Below are positions 1 through 15,243 of a stretch of DNA of 64,000 nucleotides, piece by piece. Source of the DNA: Octopus vulgaris (lineage: Eukaryota). Position numbers and translations under genes: made by a program. The notes under the pieces were generated by a model. That model did not search any database and was not told the origin of the DNA. It saw only the letters and a program-made list of their open reading frames with translations. The stretch covers positions 62,558,001 through 62,622,000 of the forward strand of contig OX597823.1 in NCBI GenBank assembly GCA_951406725.2. Reading direction: 5' to 3'. Every line of letters starts with the position of its first letter. Position 1 is the stretch's first letter.

Positions 1-2005
1 GCATACAATTGTAAAGCTCGTAGGGTAGACCATCCAAACCCGGTGATTTGTCCCTCGAGCATTCTGCCATCGCTTCCCGCACTTCCGCCGCCGTGATGGC
101 ACCTTCGCAGCACCCTGCCTTTCTTGTCGAGAGTCGTGGTAGGCTATGTAGGTAGGCACTGAAGTCCACCCTACGTTCTTGCCCTCCACTCGTTCCGAAC
201 AGTCGGGCAAAATGCTGCTGAAAGGCCTCACACATTTTACTTGGCTCGAGCAATTCGCGCCCCTGTTCATCTACCAGTGACCGAATGGTGGCTTTGTTGC
301 CCTGTTGCGCCTCTGCCACCCGGGCCTCTCTCGCGGCTCCAACACCTTCGTTCCTTAGAGCACGCATCCTAGCTCTGACAGCACATCCTTCGTGTTTGGC
401 GTTGAAGTGTTGGTCGAGGGCCAACCTCGCCGCCAAAACGTCGGATGCGATGCCGCTTCTAATTGCCTCTTCTAGCTTCTTAACTAGCTCACCCTCTACT
501 CTATTTCTATCTATGGCTAGTGCTTTGCTGTACCTAATCGCTTCTGCTTTTACTGCTCTCTTGAGGGCAAACCACCATTTGTTGTTGATGATGGCTCCCG
601 TCAAAGCCCTCTTTACTAGTGTGCTAATCCGGTCTCTGAAAACCTGTCTCGATGGGAAAGACGCGTTTAGTTTCCAGTATCCGGGACCCTGCCTAAGTGT
701 CTTACCTAAGTCTAGCGTACATGTCACAAGTTTGTGATCCGTGTAGCTGACTATGTGGAAATGTGGACATCCTATGCTATCTCTATCTACTGTCCTACAC
801 AGTATCCTATCTAGATACGATCTCGACGACCCGATGCGGTTGCTCCATGTCCACGTTGGCGCATTCGGGTGGTCTAGTCGGAACCTGTCAGACAGTTGAA
901 AGCGTCTGAGCAGGTCTCTGAGGCATTTGCATCCCCGTCTATTCCTATCTCTACCCACGTAGTCTACATGCGTGTCCAAGGTAGCATTCCAATCCCCCAC
1001 TAAGAGTAAAGGACGAGACGTTCCCAAGAAAACTTCTAGACGTTGAAAGAAATCCGCCCGACCTGTTAAGGGCGGTGCGTAAACTGATACGAGTCGAAAA
1101 GCGCACCCATTGCTGCCGTCGACATCCAGGACGACCAGTCTACCCTCCGGATCTACGAATATTGTCCTTACTTTGAGATCCAGACTCTTGTGAAAAAGTA
1201 CCGCGGTGCCACTACCGCCCATTCTCGGCAGACAGGGGGAAAATAAATGTTGAACTGTCCGCCAAACATGGTCTTTAGGGCCCGCGGATTGTGGAGTCTG
1301 GTCTCGCTTATGGCTATGATTTCTAACTTATGTGACTTTATGTCATTTAAGAGGTACCCTTGTTTCCAAGGGGACCCCAAGCCACGCGCATTTACACAAC
1401 CAATCTTGATCATAGTTCTAATGAATTAGAATACAGAGGGTTACTTACTGCTCGAAAGTTTTTGCTTTCTCCTCCGTTGGTTTGTCCTCGAGAAGATCCC
1501 AGTACAGTTTCTTTGTGAGATATTTTTGGCATTTACCAACCGCACTGGGGAAAATGCCTTTGAGTGTGTGGTGCAGACTTTTGGAGATGTGTAATATTTT
1601 GATGTGGTCTGGTGGTGTTGTGTATGGGTGATTGTTTGTTTTTATGTCATCTTCTGTTATGTTTGTTTTTGATTGGATGTATTCCATCAAATTTGTGTTT
1701 TTGGTGTCTATGGCTGTGAGCATGTTTGCTGTATATGTTTTTGTGGTGTTGGTGTGGCTGTTGTTTGCGTTGGGTTTTGAAATGTCTTCGGGAGATGTAT
1801 TTCCCCCTGCTTTGTTCGTGTTTGCATTTGGTTTGGTTGTGTTTCTGCTCTTTATTTTCCTTCTTTTTGTAGCTATTTGCCATTCCTCACTGGTTTCGTC
1901 TTCCGACGAAATTTCTGAGGAATCAGAAGGGGGTAGGGGTATGTTGTGGGCTTCTATGTATGTCTGTGTAAGTGGTTGTGTTGTTGTTTTCGTTGTTGTT
2001 GGTTG
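1..2005 (-). mobile_element. L1/Tx1-type LINE fragment (ORF1 C-terminal remnant plus ORF2 APE endonuclease region), frameshifted; continues past window start
   Basis: ORF 1168-1413 MIKIGCVNARGL...IAISETR is an APE N-terminus. Downstream minus-strand frames give GDWN, SYLDRIL, SDHKLV, GYWKLN and INNKWW, matching ORF2 of the element at 21924. Upstream ORF 1445-2005 is T/S/K-rich and ends at a (GATA)n tract. Confidence 0.85.
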
Positions 2006-2007
2006 TT

Positions 2008-3760
<1,753 letters not shown>

Positions 3761-3841
3761 ACTCCTCTTTCTAGCAAGTGGTATTCCAGTACCTTTATTT
3801 ATTTGTATATTTTACCTATATAGGTTAAACTTGCTGGCCAC

Positions 3842-3923
<82 letters not shown>

Positions 3924-3967
3924 GTAATAATATTTTATTAAATTTCATATATATATATATACTTACA

Positions 3968-4037
<70 letters not shown>

Positions 4038-4062
4038 TGTGTGTGTAGATGAAGATTAATTT

Positions 4063-4866
4063 TGTAACGGTTGAAATTAAGTTTGTATAACGATAATATG
4101 AAATGTCGACAGCGTAATCAGTTCATAAGGTTTGGTTCTTTGTTGATTGCCATTATGTAAAGATGAAAGAACAGTGATTGAAGTTGTGAAGAAAATATTT
4201 ATTTTTACCGTTACATTATACAATACCTTACTTCGACGAGCAGGTGAGGAAATCGTAGATTTTCCTTGTATAGTTTTGTGTACACGTTTTCTTAGCAGTA
4301 ATCTACAGATAGCTATAGAATGATGTTGTAAGAGAACAGAATTAGAGCTAGTGAAAGTTGTCGGGTCGTGGGAGGTTGTCTGATATTTGCTGACAGTAAA
4401 TTTCATTTCTCCCTCTGACCATTGTCTTTAGAAGCTGCCTTGCTTGTGATCATGATTCTATCGTTCCGCTCCCTAACTGATGGTAGCAGTCACTGACTCG
4501 AGTTGTCATTCACTAACTAACTGACAGAGTTGTCACGAGCCGGCTGAGTTATCACCAAGTGACTAACTGATTTTTGCTTGGGGGTTCTTGCTTTTATAAC
4601 TATCCAGAAGGATAGGAATATCGTTGAGAACAATAGATTTAGTTGGTGGTCTTGTTATCTTAATTCTAGCTTTTGCTGGCTTATAAGAGGTTAGAAGGGT
4701 CAGGTGGTGAAGACATTATTTCGGCCTAGCTAAGGCAATCTGGCAAATGCAAAACTGCTGTCAAAGAAAAACTATTGTTCCATCGTGAGAAAAGTTCTGT
4801 TGAACTGTTACTTGAAATTTGGGTGTGGCGGATTGAATCCACTTCATGCCTACAAGATCCACTACA
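4063..4866. mobile_element. possible solo-LTR-like sequence
   Basis: Begins TGTAACGG and ends CCACTACA (TG...CA), ~800 bp, non-coding. No TSD found. Confidence 0.25.
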
Positions 4867-4876
4867 TATATATATG

Positions 4877-4928
<52 letters not shown>

Positions 4929-4974
4929 AATTTATATTTATATATATATTTATATTTATATATTTATATATACT

Positions 4975-5028
<54 letters not shown>

Positions 5029-5159
5029 CTTACATATATATATGTACATATTTAAATATATACATACATATATATATATATATATACACACAGGTATATA
5101 TACATATATATATACATATATAGATATAGATACATATATATGTACACATACATACATGC

Positions 5160-5190
<31 letters not shown>

Positions 5191-5392
5191 TTTATTTATA
5201 CATGCGTGCGTGTATGTATGTAAGCATGTATGTATGCATGTATGTATGTATGGATGTATGTATGCATGTATGTATGCATGTATGCATGTATGCATGCATG
5301 TATGTGACCATGCATGTATGTATGTATGTATGTATGCAATGCATTCATGTATGGATGTATGTGTGTATGCATGTATGTATGTATTTATGTAT
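4867..5392. repeat. compound (TA)n/(TATG)n microsatellite
   Basis: Directly visible. Confidence 0.95.
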
Positions 5393-5429
5393 CTTTTTTT
5401 ATTTAGAAGTGTTTTAGTCGAACAAAACG

Positions 5430-5745
5430 ATCCTAGGACTTTTTTTAAGCCTACTGCTTATTCTATTATGTTCTTTTGCAGAATCGCTAAGTTACAGGGA
5501 TGTAACCACAACAACACCGGTTATCAAGTGATGGTGGGTGACAAACACAGACACAAAGATGCACACATATGTATGTGTGTATTTATATTTTTATTAATAT
5601 TTGCCAGAGGTAACAGAGTGACTCAAGACCCGAGAGTTTCGTGCATTGGTTTTGGTAAGCCCGTGATTATAGTAGAAGATACTTCTCGAGGTGCCACAGA
5701 GTAGAACTTAACCCGGACCCATGTATTTTGGAAGCAAGATTATGC
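5430..5745 (-). mobile_element. degenerate tRNA-derived SINE (same family as 40301-40707)
   Basis: gaatcgctaagttacagggatg...caccggttatcaagtgatggtgg...acaaacacagacac and agtagaagatacttctcgaggtgcc are reverse complements of segments of 40301-40620. Confidence 0.6.
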
Positions 5746-5833
5746 TTTTGGTTGTTGTTTGAGCATATGCATATTATTATCATTGATTTTTCACGTGTTT
5801 CGAACGCAGAATTAACCCATGAAGTTATAAGTA

Positions 5834-6344
5834 CCGTAAATCCTCGAGTATAGTCCGCCCTTGAGTATAATACGCAGGGGATTTTTAGGGGGATGTACCT
5901 CTGAAAAACCTAAACCTTGTCTATAATACGCACCCCTTCTCTAACTTGAGTCAAGGAGGTCTATATAACGTTCTTGGTTTGTAAAAATGTATACGGTAAC
6001 GTCCTTTATTATTATTGTATATATAACATAATGCAAACGTGTAGCTTTTTTGTGCATTTTGTTTGCAGAAAATAAAGAAATAACAGTAATAATGTTTAAT
6101 AAATGTTACTTACTGCAAGTTATGGATGATTCTTTTATGGCTTCATTGCTTTCAGGCTTAGCTTAAGGTATTTTCGTGCCCGATATCACAAAATGCATCT
6201 GAATAAACATTGCTGGACGGCAAATAGAGACTTGTACATTGCTTAGAAAATAATTTTCATTTTTAACCTCGTATATAGTACGCACTAGGGATTTTGACCT
6301 TTAAATTTGGGGGGAAAATATGGATTATACTCGAGGATTTACGG
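5834..6344. mobile_element. Tc1/mariner(pogo)-type MITE, copy 1
   Basis: TIRs CCGTAAATCCTCGAGTATA / TATACTCGAGGATTTACGG, flanked by TA on both sides. Second copy at 12494. Confidence 0.9.
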
Positions 6345-7205
6345 TAAATAAAAATATTTATGAGTTCATATACATATATATTTGTGAATCGTGTGTTAGA
6401 GACAGACAATTGCGACTTCTGCTATGTCAGCAACGGAGGTTTTCGTTTGGAAAATATGTCATAAATTTAAAGGGGCCTCGTGACTTCTTTTGATATCAAT
6501 TTCCATAGAAAATTGATGTTATTTTATTCCTAACTGTGCAAAAAGTATGCCAGTGTAAAACATTTAAAAGATCGAAGTAAAACATGTTATGTATTTTATT
6601 TTCAGATCCTTCTTTTCTATTTTATTCTTTTAAATATTTGGCTGATTTTCTTCGTCCCTGTTTTTGTTTCGTTTTATTTGTGTTATTTTTATTTGTACCT
6701 ACTTAGTGTACGAGTTTCTCTTTTTCAATTACAAATTAAGCCAGGTTGGTGTTGTCTCCCCTACATTCTCTACCTTGACGGTATTGTAGTAGCACTCGAT
6801 CTATTTTTTTTTTTCTTTGTAACATACAAAAACTTACCGGAACAAAGTACAATGTTTTATAGAAACAATAAATCGAAACTGAGGTACTGCTAAGATATTT
6901 ACGAAAGATGCATTTGAAAGCTGTCTAAAAATAGTTCGATTCCTTAGCATTAACTTGTCTGTAACACAATCATTTCGCTGAACCTTACTGTTAAACGAAG
7001 CGCAGGCAAGACCTGAAATGTCTGATTCTCTACACCACAAGACAAGCGAACTCGTCTCTTAAATTATTATTAGCTATTATTTTTTTATGCAGATGACACC
7101 GCAGGATTGTTCACACAATTATGTATTTTTAATAATCAGCTACGGTCTTCTTGTGTCTCCAATTCAATTTCTTCGAATATATAAAATCTTAATTGCTTCT
7201 GTGTG

Positions 7206-7208
<3 letters not shown>

Positions 7209-7261
<53 letters not shown>

Positions 7262-7479
7262 GTTGGTTGGTTGGTTGGTTGGTTGGTTGGTTGGTTGGTT
7301 GATCGATCGATCGATTGATTGTTTGACTGATCGATTGATTCGGTGATTGATTGATTGATTCGTTGATTGATAGGTTCGTTGGTTGATTAATTGATTGGTT
7401 AATTCATCGATTGATTCTTTGAGTGAGTGTGTGAGTGAGTGAGTGAGTGAGTGAGTGAGTGAGTGAGTGAGTGACAGAC

Positions 7480-7573
<94 letters not shown>

Positions 7574-7742
7574 GCAGCCAGACAGCTAGACGGACGAACG
7601 GACGAACGGATGAATGAACAGACTGATAGTCAGACAGGCAGTCTGGCTCAGAGAGAGAAAGAGAGAGAGGGAGAGAGAGTGTGACTGAGGGAGAGAGAGT
7701 GTGACTGAGGGAGAGAGAGAGTGTGACTGGGGGAGAGAGAGA
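7209..7742. repeat. compound tetranucleotide microsatellite (GATT, GGTT, GAGT, GATA) and GA-rich repeats
   Basis: Directly visible. Confidence 0.95.
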
Positions 7743-8202
7743 TCGTTGTGTAGCAAAATCGACTGAGTTTCGGACAAAATATCTTGCAGATTATACTTAT
7801 TTCTTCTTTGCCTTCTGAGTTCAAATCGTTCCGTATTCAACTTTCCATTTCAACTTTTCCTGCTCGATAACAATATACCTCTAAGAGTTCCGTAACCCTG
7901 CTGCCAATGAGATGATGTTTCGTGGATAGTTTTCTAAGAGTTGCTTCCCTTAACATAGTGAAATGCTACTTCTCGTTCAAATATATATTTTCATGTTATA
8001 AAATGAATTTTCAAATTACGCGTGTGCGCGCGCACATGCGTTTTTGCGTTCACATGCATGCGCATACACACTCCTGCATACACACTCGTGCACGCACGCT
8101 TGTTCGCGTGCGCAACATTCACGCTATACGTATCATTATGTGTTTCTCATCTAAGGGCCATGTATGATTCTAATTAAAATTTATGCGCAATAAATTGCTT
8201 AC

Positions 8203-10276
8203 CTTAATATATAAAATCCGTTCTGTCTGGCTGTCTGTTTGTGCGCTTATAACTCGAGTTTTGTTCATTCGATCGCGCTGAAATTTTAAACATAGATACA
8301 TGAGAGAGCGAGGCGTTCCGTAATCTAAAAAGATTTTCAAAATTTTTAGTTTCAAAGTGAGAATCGCTATTTTTGTAATCTTTATGTCCTGTTTGTTCCC
8401 CCATTAAAACAACCAGTTGCTCAGACAGCCGGCACATACCATTTCACTGGCAACAAGGGCGATACAGGATGACAGTCAGACAAAACCGTCGCTATGCTGT
8501 CTGTCTTCTTTCCTCTCTCTGAGGAGTTAATAATCTTAATCTTTAGTTACAGTTTCTCATTCAAACTACATAATAGGCAGGGTGTTTTGAGGGAGATTTG
8601 ACTGCTATTTCTGCCAGGTCTAGCTACCATGTAGAGATCTCCCTCATTGGCTTATACATATATATATAATATAAATAAAACACTTAAAGCAACAGGCATC
8701 AAATACAAAAGCCACGGTCCATGCAGTGTCATGGGTCAAAAAATTTCCAACTTCTTACCTAATGCGAGCCCAGAGTAATCTGTTATCTCTTACACTATTT
8801 CAGTATTACGTCCCTATTGTAATGTGAGATGCTGTTCTATATATTATATATTCCTTATGCTTTCCAAAACCGAGGGGTATCAAAAGATTCAGTACTATTT
8901 TGGCTACAAATTAAACTTAATTTCCATGCACATATTTGCATTTCAAAAATTTGACATAATCTTTTCTATCATAAAAATTTTATACGATGACGTCACATTT
9001 TCCATATGTGTGTGTACCTTAAAAGACATCAATCACCACGACACACACCTTCACTCACTCACTCTATCTCTCTTTCCCACCCTCTTTCTCTCTCACATAC
9101 ACACGCGCAAGCACGCACGCACACATGCACACATACACACACACGTCCATTTCATAAAGACGTACATAAATCTTCCACTTTCTTTCTCTGTTCTTTTCGC
9201 TTTCTCTTCTTTCAATATCTGCTCTCTTCAAATATAATTTTTATGGATACAACTGCTTACAAAAATAGGGATTAATGTATAATTTCTTTCTATGTTCATA
9301 ATTTTTTGTTACAATATTGGGGAAAATATGCCACCAAAGAAAAGACGTAATCTCTCCAGAAACAATTATAAAGCAATGATTGTAGAAAACCGAAGGCGAG
9401 AGTCGGAAGAGAGAAGCTCGATGAAATTTTCTCAAAATCAGCAAATGCATGTTGCAGCACTTAGTGCTGGATCATTAAATCAATGTTTTAATGAGTAGAC
9501 AGAGGTGCAATAGAATAGCTCTCAGAAACAGACTACGTACAAATTCGTTCTTCACAACTCCTGAAGCTGTTTTCAGATATGATCCATCCTATTCTTAAAA
9601 AATAGTAACTCTGTCCAAATTGGTGTGCTAAACACAAATTGTCTTTTCTGTAGAGCTTTAAAATTTTCAAATGAAACAAATGGTCTGTGCTGCTCAGGCG
9701 GTCAGGTAACATTGCCAGCGCTACCAGCTCCTTCTCAGCCTCTTATGGATCTTCTAGAACGCATTTCCATCCAGTCAAAAGATTTTCTGAACAATATCAG
9801 ACACCACAACTCTGCAAATGACATCGTTCGGTGCATCTAAGAAGACAGATAAACATGAATTTACGACAACGTCAAAGTCCAAGAGCAAGTCTATCACCTC
9901 ATTGGAACCTGTTACCCACAAATGAACAACCACAGTTCTTCCAAATTTACTTTATGAGTGATGTAGGTCAACAAACCCGAAGGAGGTGTCAACATTTCAG
10001 ATGAGTCGTGTAAAACAGCGCCGACTGCTGCAAGAGTATATCCACTGACAGCTTCTCGGTGCGTTCAAAATTCACACAACTCCCACAGGTTTGGGCCTGA
10101 AATACTCCAAACGGGCGCACAGCATGTTGCTTAGTCGAATTAGCCCATCATTTACTCCACAAATGTTTTGTTGTCAATGCTGTACTTTCCCATATCACCT
10201 GTTTCAACATAACTGTAATGTATTATATACAAACTATGCCATTTTAATCCCGAGCAACGCCGGGTGTCTCTGCTAG
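8203..10276 (+). mobile_element. non-autonomous Helitron carrying a degraded RepHel N-terminal (Cys-rich) fragment
   Basis: 5' end taatatataaaatccgttctgtct. 3' hairpin cccgagcaacgccggg followed by CTAG at 10273-10276. Internal frames give CLFCRALKFSNETNGLCCSGGQVTLP, FLNNIRHHNSA, MTSFG, VQEQVYHLIG and QFFQIYF, typical of Helitron RepHel N-termini. Confidence 0.85.
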
Positions 10277-11808
10277 TCTAATATATAAATCCCATTCTGT
10301 CTTTTTTTTTTTTGTGCGCTTATAACTCGGGTACTGTTCATCTGATCGCGCTGAAATTTTAAACATGGATAATTTGAGAAATCTAAAATGATTTTCAAAA
10401 TTGTCGGTTTCAAAGTGAGAATCGCTATTTTTGTAATCCTTATGGCCTGTCCATCGGATAATTAAAACTTCGATTTTTATTTTTATTCGAAACTCCTGTT
10501 ATGTATCCTGTTGTTCTTGCCACTACGTCAGTGAAAATCGAAATAAAATACTTAAAGCAACAGTCGTCGAATGCAAAAGCCAAAGAACTGTTAATACAAA
10601 CATATATATATACATAAGATAGCAGGGTGTTTTGAGGGATATTTGGCTGTTATTTATACCAGGTCTAGCTACCATGTAGAGGTCTTCCTCATTGGCTCAT
10701 ACATACATATATACATACATAAGACAGTAAAGTGTGATTTGAGGGAGATTAGCTGTTATTTCCGCTAGGTCTGGCTACCATGTAGAGGTCTGTCTCATTG
10801 GCTCATCTAATATACAAATCCCGTTCTGTCAGTTTTTTGTGCGCCTATAACTCGAGTACTGTTCATCCGATCGCGCTGAAATTTTAAACTACTTGAAAAG
10901 GCAGTTACTTTAAGTGAGCAAAAAAGTGAAAATAAAGAAATAGAAAAGACTAATTGATTGCTTATAAAACGTGAAAATTTGGCGGTAGGTTGGTTTACAT
11001 CTAAAACCTTGCCTAACGTTTGTCATCCAACTTTAAAAAAATAAGTGGTATTGTTCAATTTTTGAGATAAAATTGTTTTACGAAGAACATGCCTTATGTT
11101 ATTTTATTGCACATTGTGTTATTTCACCCCCGAGTTTCAACTCTTTTTGTGTCAGTTTTTGAAAGAAGAGAGACTTGCCTAAGCATTTTTGCGCCTTTAT
11201 TGAGTAGCAGTTTCTATTTGCCTGTCCATCGGATGATTAAAACTTCCATTTATATTTTTATTCGAAACTAATGTTACTTATCCCGTAGTTCTTACCACTA
11301 CGCCAGTGAAAATCAAAATAAAATACGTAAAGCAACAGTCGTCAAATGCAAAAGCCAAAGAACTGTTTATTGCTTAAATATCACTTGTAATATTCACTTT
11401 GGAGATAAAACAGCGTTCAGTCTGACGTATAGGTGTCAACATGAGGTATGTTCTATGGAAGAGTACATTGTGCGTATCCTAATGTGAAAGTGTTTGAGTG
11501 CAAAACGTTTAAGGTTGATTATGATGTCTGATTCCACTGGAAGTTGTATATATTGTGGGCTGTACAGCTTTCCTTCATTTTATTGGCCTCGTGACAATTT
11601 TGAAAAGGTTCACTGTGTTAAGAATTACTATCAATCGATTTTCCTTTTTTAGAAGAAACAGTCAACAGTTTTAAAGTCCCAGGAACCTTTAATGCCCTAA
11701 CCAAAAGTAACAACCCGATACAATCACCAAAATCTCCGCAATTTAACACCGTCCAAGTTAAACCTCTTCACCTATACAAACCGTCCAATGGACGGGGGTG
11801 TTTGCTAG
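10277..11808 (+). mobile_element. related non-autonomous Helitrons (5' TC ends at 10277 and 10806; 3' CTAG at 11808)
   Basis: TCTAATATATAAATCCC at 10277 and A|TCTAATATACAAATCCC at 10806 match the 8203 5' end. Hairpin ccgtcc-aat-ggacgg then CTAG|T at 11805-11809. Confidence 0.8.
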
Positions 11809-12493
11809 TACTTCTACAATACACAAAATATTTAGATTTTTTTAATACAATTCCTAATAGCATTTAATTAACAAACCATGAGATTGCATCGAGCTCCTAT
11901 CTCCTTTGGTATGGTTTCTATGGTTGAATGCCCTTCCTAATGCCAACCAATTTACAGAATGTACTGGCTTTTTTTGTGTCACCAGCAATTAAATCATCAA
12001 GTAACTAGCAAGACAAAATCCCTCGACACATTTCAGTGTCAATATTGAAGGAGGTGACGTTATAGTAAGTGTTGAGGGACTAAGGTGCAACAGAGGACAG
12101 GAACAGTGCCTTCTTGTACAAGGGATACATGGCTCTCTCAGCTGGAAAAAGAGCAAAGATGGTAATGGTGCGTTATTAGGGTATACCTTTGCAGGTATGC
12201 CCTGATATCTTAGTAATAGCTCCTCAAAGCGTAGACAGTTGGGACAAATTCCAAGAAGGGACACAGTAAACCATTTAATTTCGTGAAATCGTTTTCCTCA
12301 CAATTCCATCATAAATTTGCTAACCGTAAATAAAGTAAAATCTATAAAGACTCGAAAACCAAAAGAGACTATGAATATGCAGTGAGTGCAGCTTTACCCA
12401 TTTGCCTGGGACAAAACACATAATTTGTACCTTCCCCTTAAAAATTTCAGGCCTTGTACCTCTAGTAGAAAGGAATATTGTTATTGGTTATTA

Positions 12494-12984
12494 CCGTAAA
12501 TCCTCGAGTATAGTCCGTCCTTGAGTATAATACGCAGGGGATTTTTAGGGGGCTTACCTCTGAAAAACCTAAACCTTGTCTATAATACGCACCCCTTCTC
12601 TAACTTGAGTCAAGGAAGTCTATATAACGTCCTTGGTTTGTGAAAATGTATACGGTAACGTCCTTTATTATTATTGTATATATAACATAATGCAAATGCT
12701 TTTTTGTGCATTTTGTTTGCAGAAAATAAAGAAATAACAGTAATAACGTTTAATAAATGTTGCTTATTGCAAGTTATGGATGATTCTTTTATGGCTTCAT
12801 TGCTTTCAGGCTTATCGTAAGGTATTTTCGTGCCCGATATCACAAAATGCGTCTAAATAAACATTGCCGGATAGAGACTCGGACATTGCTTAGAAAATAA
12901 TTTTCATTTTTAACCTCATAGATAGTACACACTATCTATTTTGACCTTTAAATCTTGGGGGAAATTATACACGAGGATTTATGG
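12494..12984. mobile_element. Tc1/mariner(pogo)-type MITE, copy 2
   Basis: Same TIRs and body as 5834-6344; TA flanks. Confidence 0.9.
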
Positions 12985-13725
12985 TATATTTAAATTTTCA
13001 ATGGTAAAATGTAGATAAACAACTTTTTATCTCTTTTTTTTTAATAAAAGGGTGAGTTAGTAAGTTCATGAGAGTATGGAGATGGAGGCGAATGCTGTGA
13101 ATATTAAATACAAGTGATCAGTGACGAATCTCAGTTTAGGAAGAAGGTAAACAAAAAGAGAAATGGGTCAAGAAGGTGATAAGCGGCGGTATATATAAAG
13201 TTGAGTGGGGGAGACCAACAGTATAATACAATTGTAGAAGATAAGAAATATGCAAATTATGTAAAGAGTAAAAGGTGAGAGGAGGATACACAGGTTAAAG
13301 GTAGTGGTGTATATACTGAATGATAAAGATGTTGGCTGGTGAGGATAATGACAGATACGCGAGGCTGTTCAGGGAAAATGTGGCGTCCAGTGGAAAATAA
13401 AGTGGTAAAGGATAATATTGAGAATGCAGGATGGGTGACAAAGGAGAGGCATAACTTGTGGCACAAGAGTGGAAAAGAAATATGTGCCGTTTCTCTCATA
13501 TAGAGATATATTAGATGATGAGTAAATAGTGAAGTAGTTAGGAGAGTGATGGAGGGATGTTTATTAAGAAAATGAATTATGAAGAATTACCAAAGACAGA
13601 TTGGGTGCAAGACCATAAAAAAATATATAAGAAAAGACAGCCTTTTAGGGCGTCAAATTTTGCTGAGATGGAAGGGTTTTCTCGAGCAAAACAAATTGCC
13701 TATCACATATATACATATATATATA

Positions 13726-14122
13726 CTAGCAGTATCGCCCGGCGTTGCTCGGGTTTGTAAGGGAAATAACTATATAAGCATTTTTAGTGAGTTATAGCAA
13801 AAGAATAGCAAAAAATGCATTAAAAATGGAATAAAAAATGATGGTATTTTTTTTTTAATCGTTGACTCATCGTAGACATTTGTAGAGAGTTACTTCCCTT
13901 ATATAATAGCGAAAAATGCATTAAAATGGAATAAAAAATGATGGTAAATTTTTTTTTAAATTGTAGACTCATCGTAGACGCGCGCTAATACTCAGAAGGG
14001 CTCGATATGAATCACGACTATAAGATACCCGGTTTTGGTTACACTGCACCGCAAAATGTGGGAGTAGTTAGGAATCTAAATCGTAGGAGACAGACACACA
14101 ACCTTACTTTTATATATAAAGA
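13726..14122 (-). mobile_element. complete short non-autonomous Helitron
   Basis: Minus strand reads A|TCTTTATATATAAAAG...cccgagcaacgccgggcgatactgCTAG|T. Confidence 0.85.
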
Positions 14123-14419
14123 TTTGTGCAACAACTAAAACATTCGGTTGTGCAAATTATTTGCACAGGAAACCTGCCCTGTGTGGCGGTAATTGCCGTT
14201 TTTGTGGATCTGTTTCAGCTTTTTTAGCGATTTCTGTTTTGGCGACTTCAAGCCATGAAGTTGTTGTTCTAAAAGAACGCTGGTCTCCTTGACAACGCAT
14301 TACGACGTTGATTTCCTTACACTCCCTTCCCCACAGCTTCACGAGGGAGGGAAGAAGTAGGAGAAGCAACACATGTGCAGGTGTGAGCGTGGACGCCAAC
14401 TCCGCCGCCATCGACACAC

Positions 14420-14622
14420 GAAAAAATATGCATTAAAATGGAATAAAAAATGATGTTAAATTATTTTTAAAATCGTAGACTCATCGTAGACGCGCGCTAA
14501 TACCCAGACGGGCTCGATATGAATCACGACTATAAGATACCCGAATTTGGTTAAACTGCACCGCAAAATGTGGGAGTAGTTAGGAATCTAAATCGAAGGG
14601 GACAGACACTCACACAACTACA

Positions 14623-14630
<8 letters not shown>
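14420..14630 (-). mobile_element. partial copy (5' part) of the same Helitron
   Basis: Near-identical to 13915-14115. Confidence 0.8.
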
Positions 14631-14714
<84 letters not shown>

Positions 14715-14759
14715 TACATGTTTTGTGTGCGTGCGTGTGTGTGTGTGTGTGTGTGTGTA

Positions 14760-15241
14760 AACCCGCAGAACTTCTGAAGTTCGCAACTGATTTTCTCCAA
14801 ACTGGGAACATACATTACTTATGCTCCAGATATGGTTTTTAGAGTTTTAGTAAACTCAATCGGAAAAACAATTTCACTTCTTGTTAATGATAAAGCAGGA
14901 CCACCCAGAGTTTTTTGCCTTATTGATCTTATTGTTCTTTTGAAACTTTGTATTTTTGGCAATTTCGGTGAAACATCCAGATAGCAATTTTCAAAAACGC
15001 TAGACACAACAGAATGAGGTGGATCTTAGGCTGTCTTGACTATTTGACGCATTTTTGAGACAATTTTATTGGACTCAATTTCGACGGAATCCAATACATG
15101 ATTATACTCTTTAGAAAATTTAACAATTTCATCATTGATTATTATTCGAGCAAGACATTTTGATAGAAAATATTTCTCCCATTTCCAATATTTTTGTTCA
15201 CCATTTTGACTAATTCTATGAAAAGAATGCCCATTGAAAAG
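14760..15241 (-). pseudogene. FLYWCH/MULE-type transposase N-terminal relic, interrupted by the mariner at 15244
   Basis: Minus strand translates FNGHSFHRISQNGEQKYWKW...KCLARI...YNH...SPKLPKIQSFKRTIRSIRQK...P...EIVFP, resembling FLYWCH + MULE N-termini. Confidence 0.6.
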
Positions 15242-15243
15242 TA

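Noticed and set aside
285-737. Plus-strand 150-aa ORF, and antisense ORFs within 22565-24984 and 28721-30490
   Set aside because: They are shadow ORFs opposite LINE coding sequence.
4726-5704. Long ORFs rich in YI/HT/VC/LS repeats here and at 18929, 39330, 53944-54632, 56732-57408, 58936-60009, 62300 and elsewhere
   Set aside because: They are translations of stop-free microsatellites, not genes.
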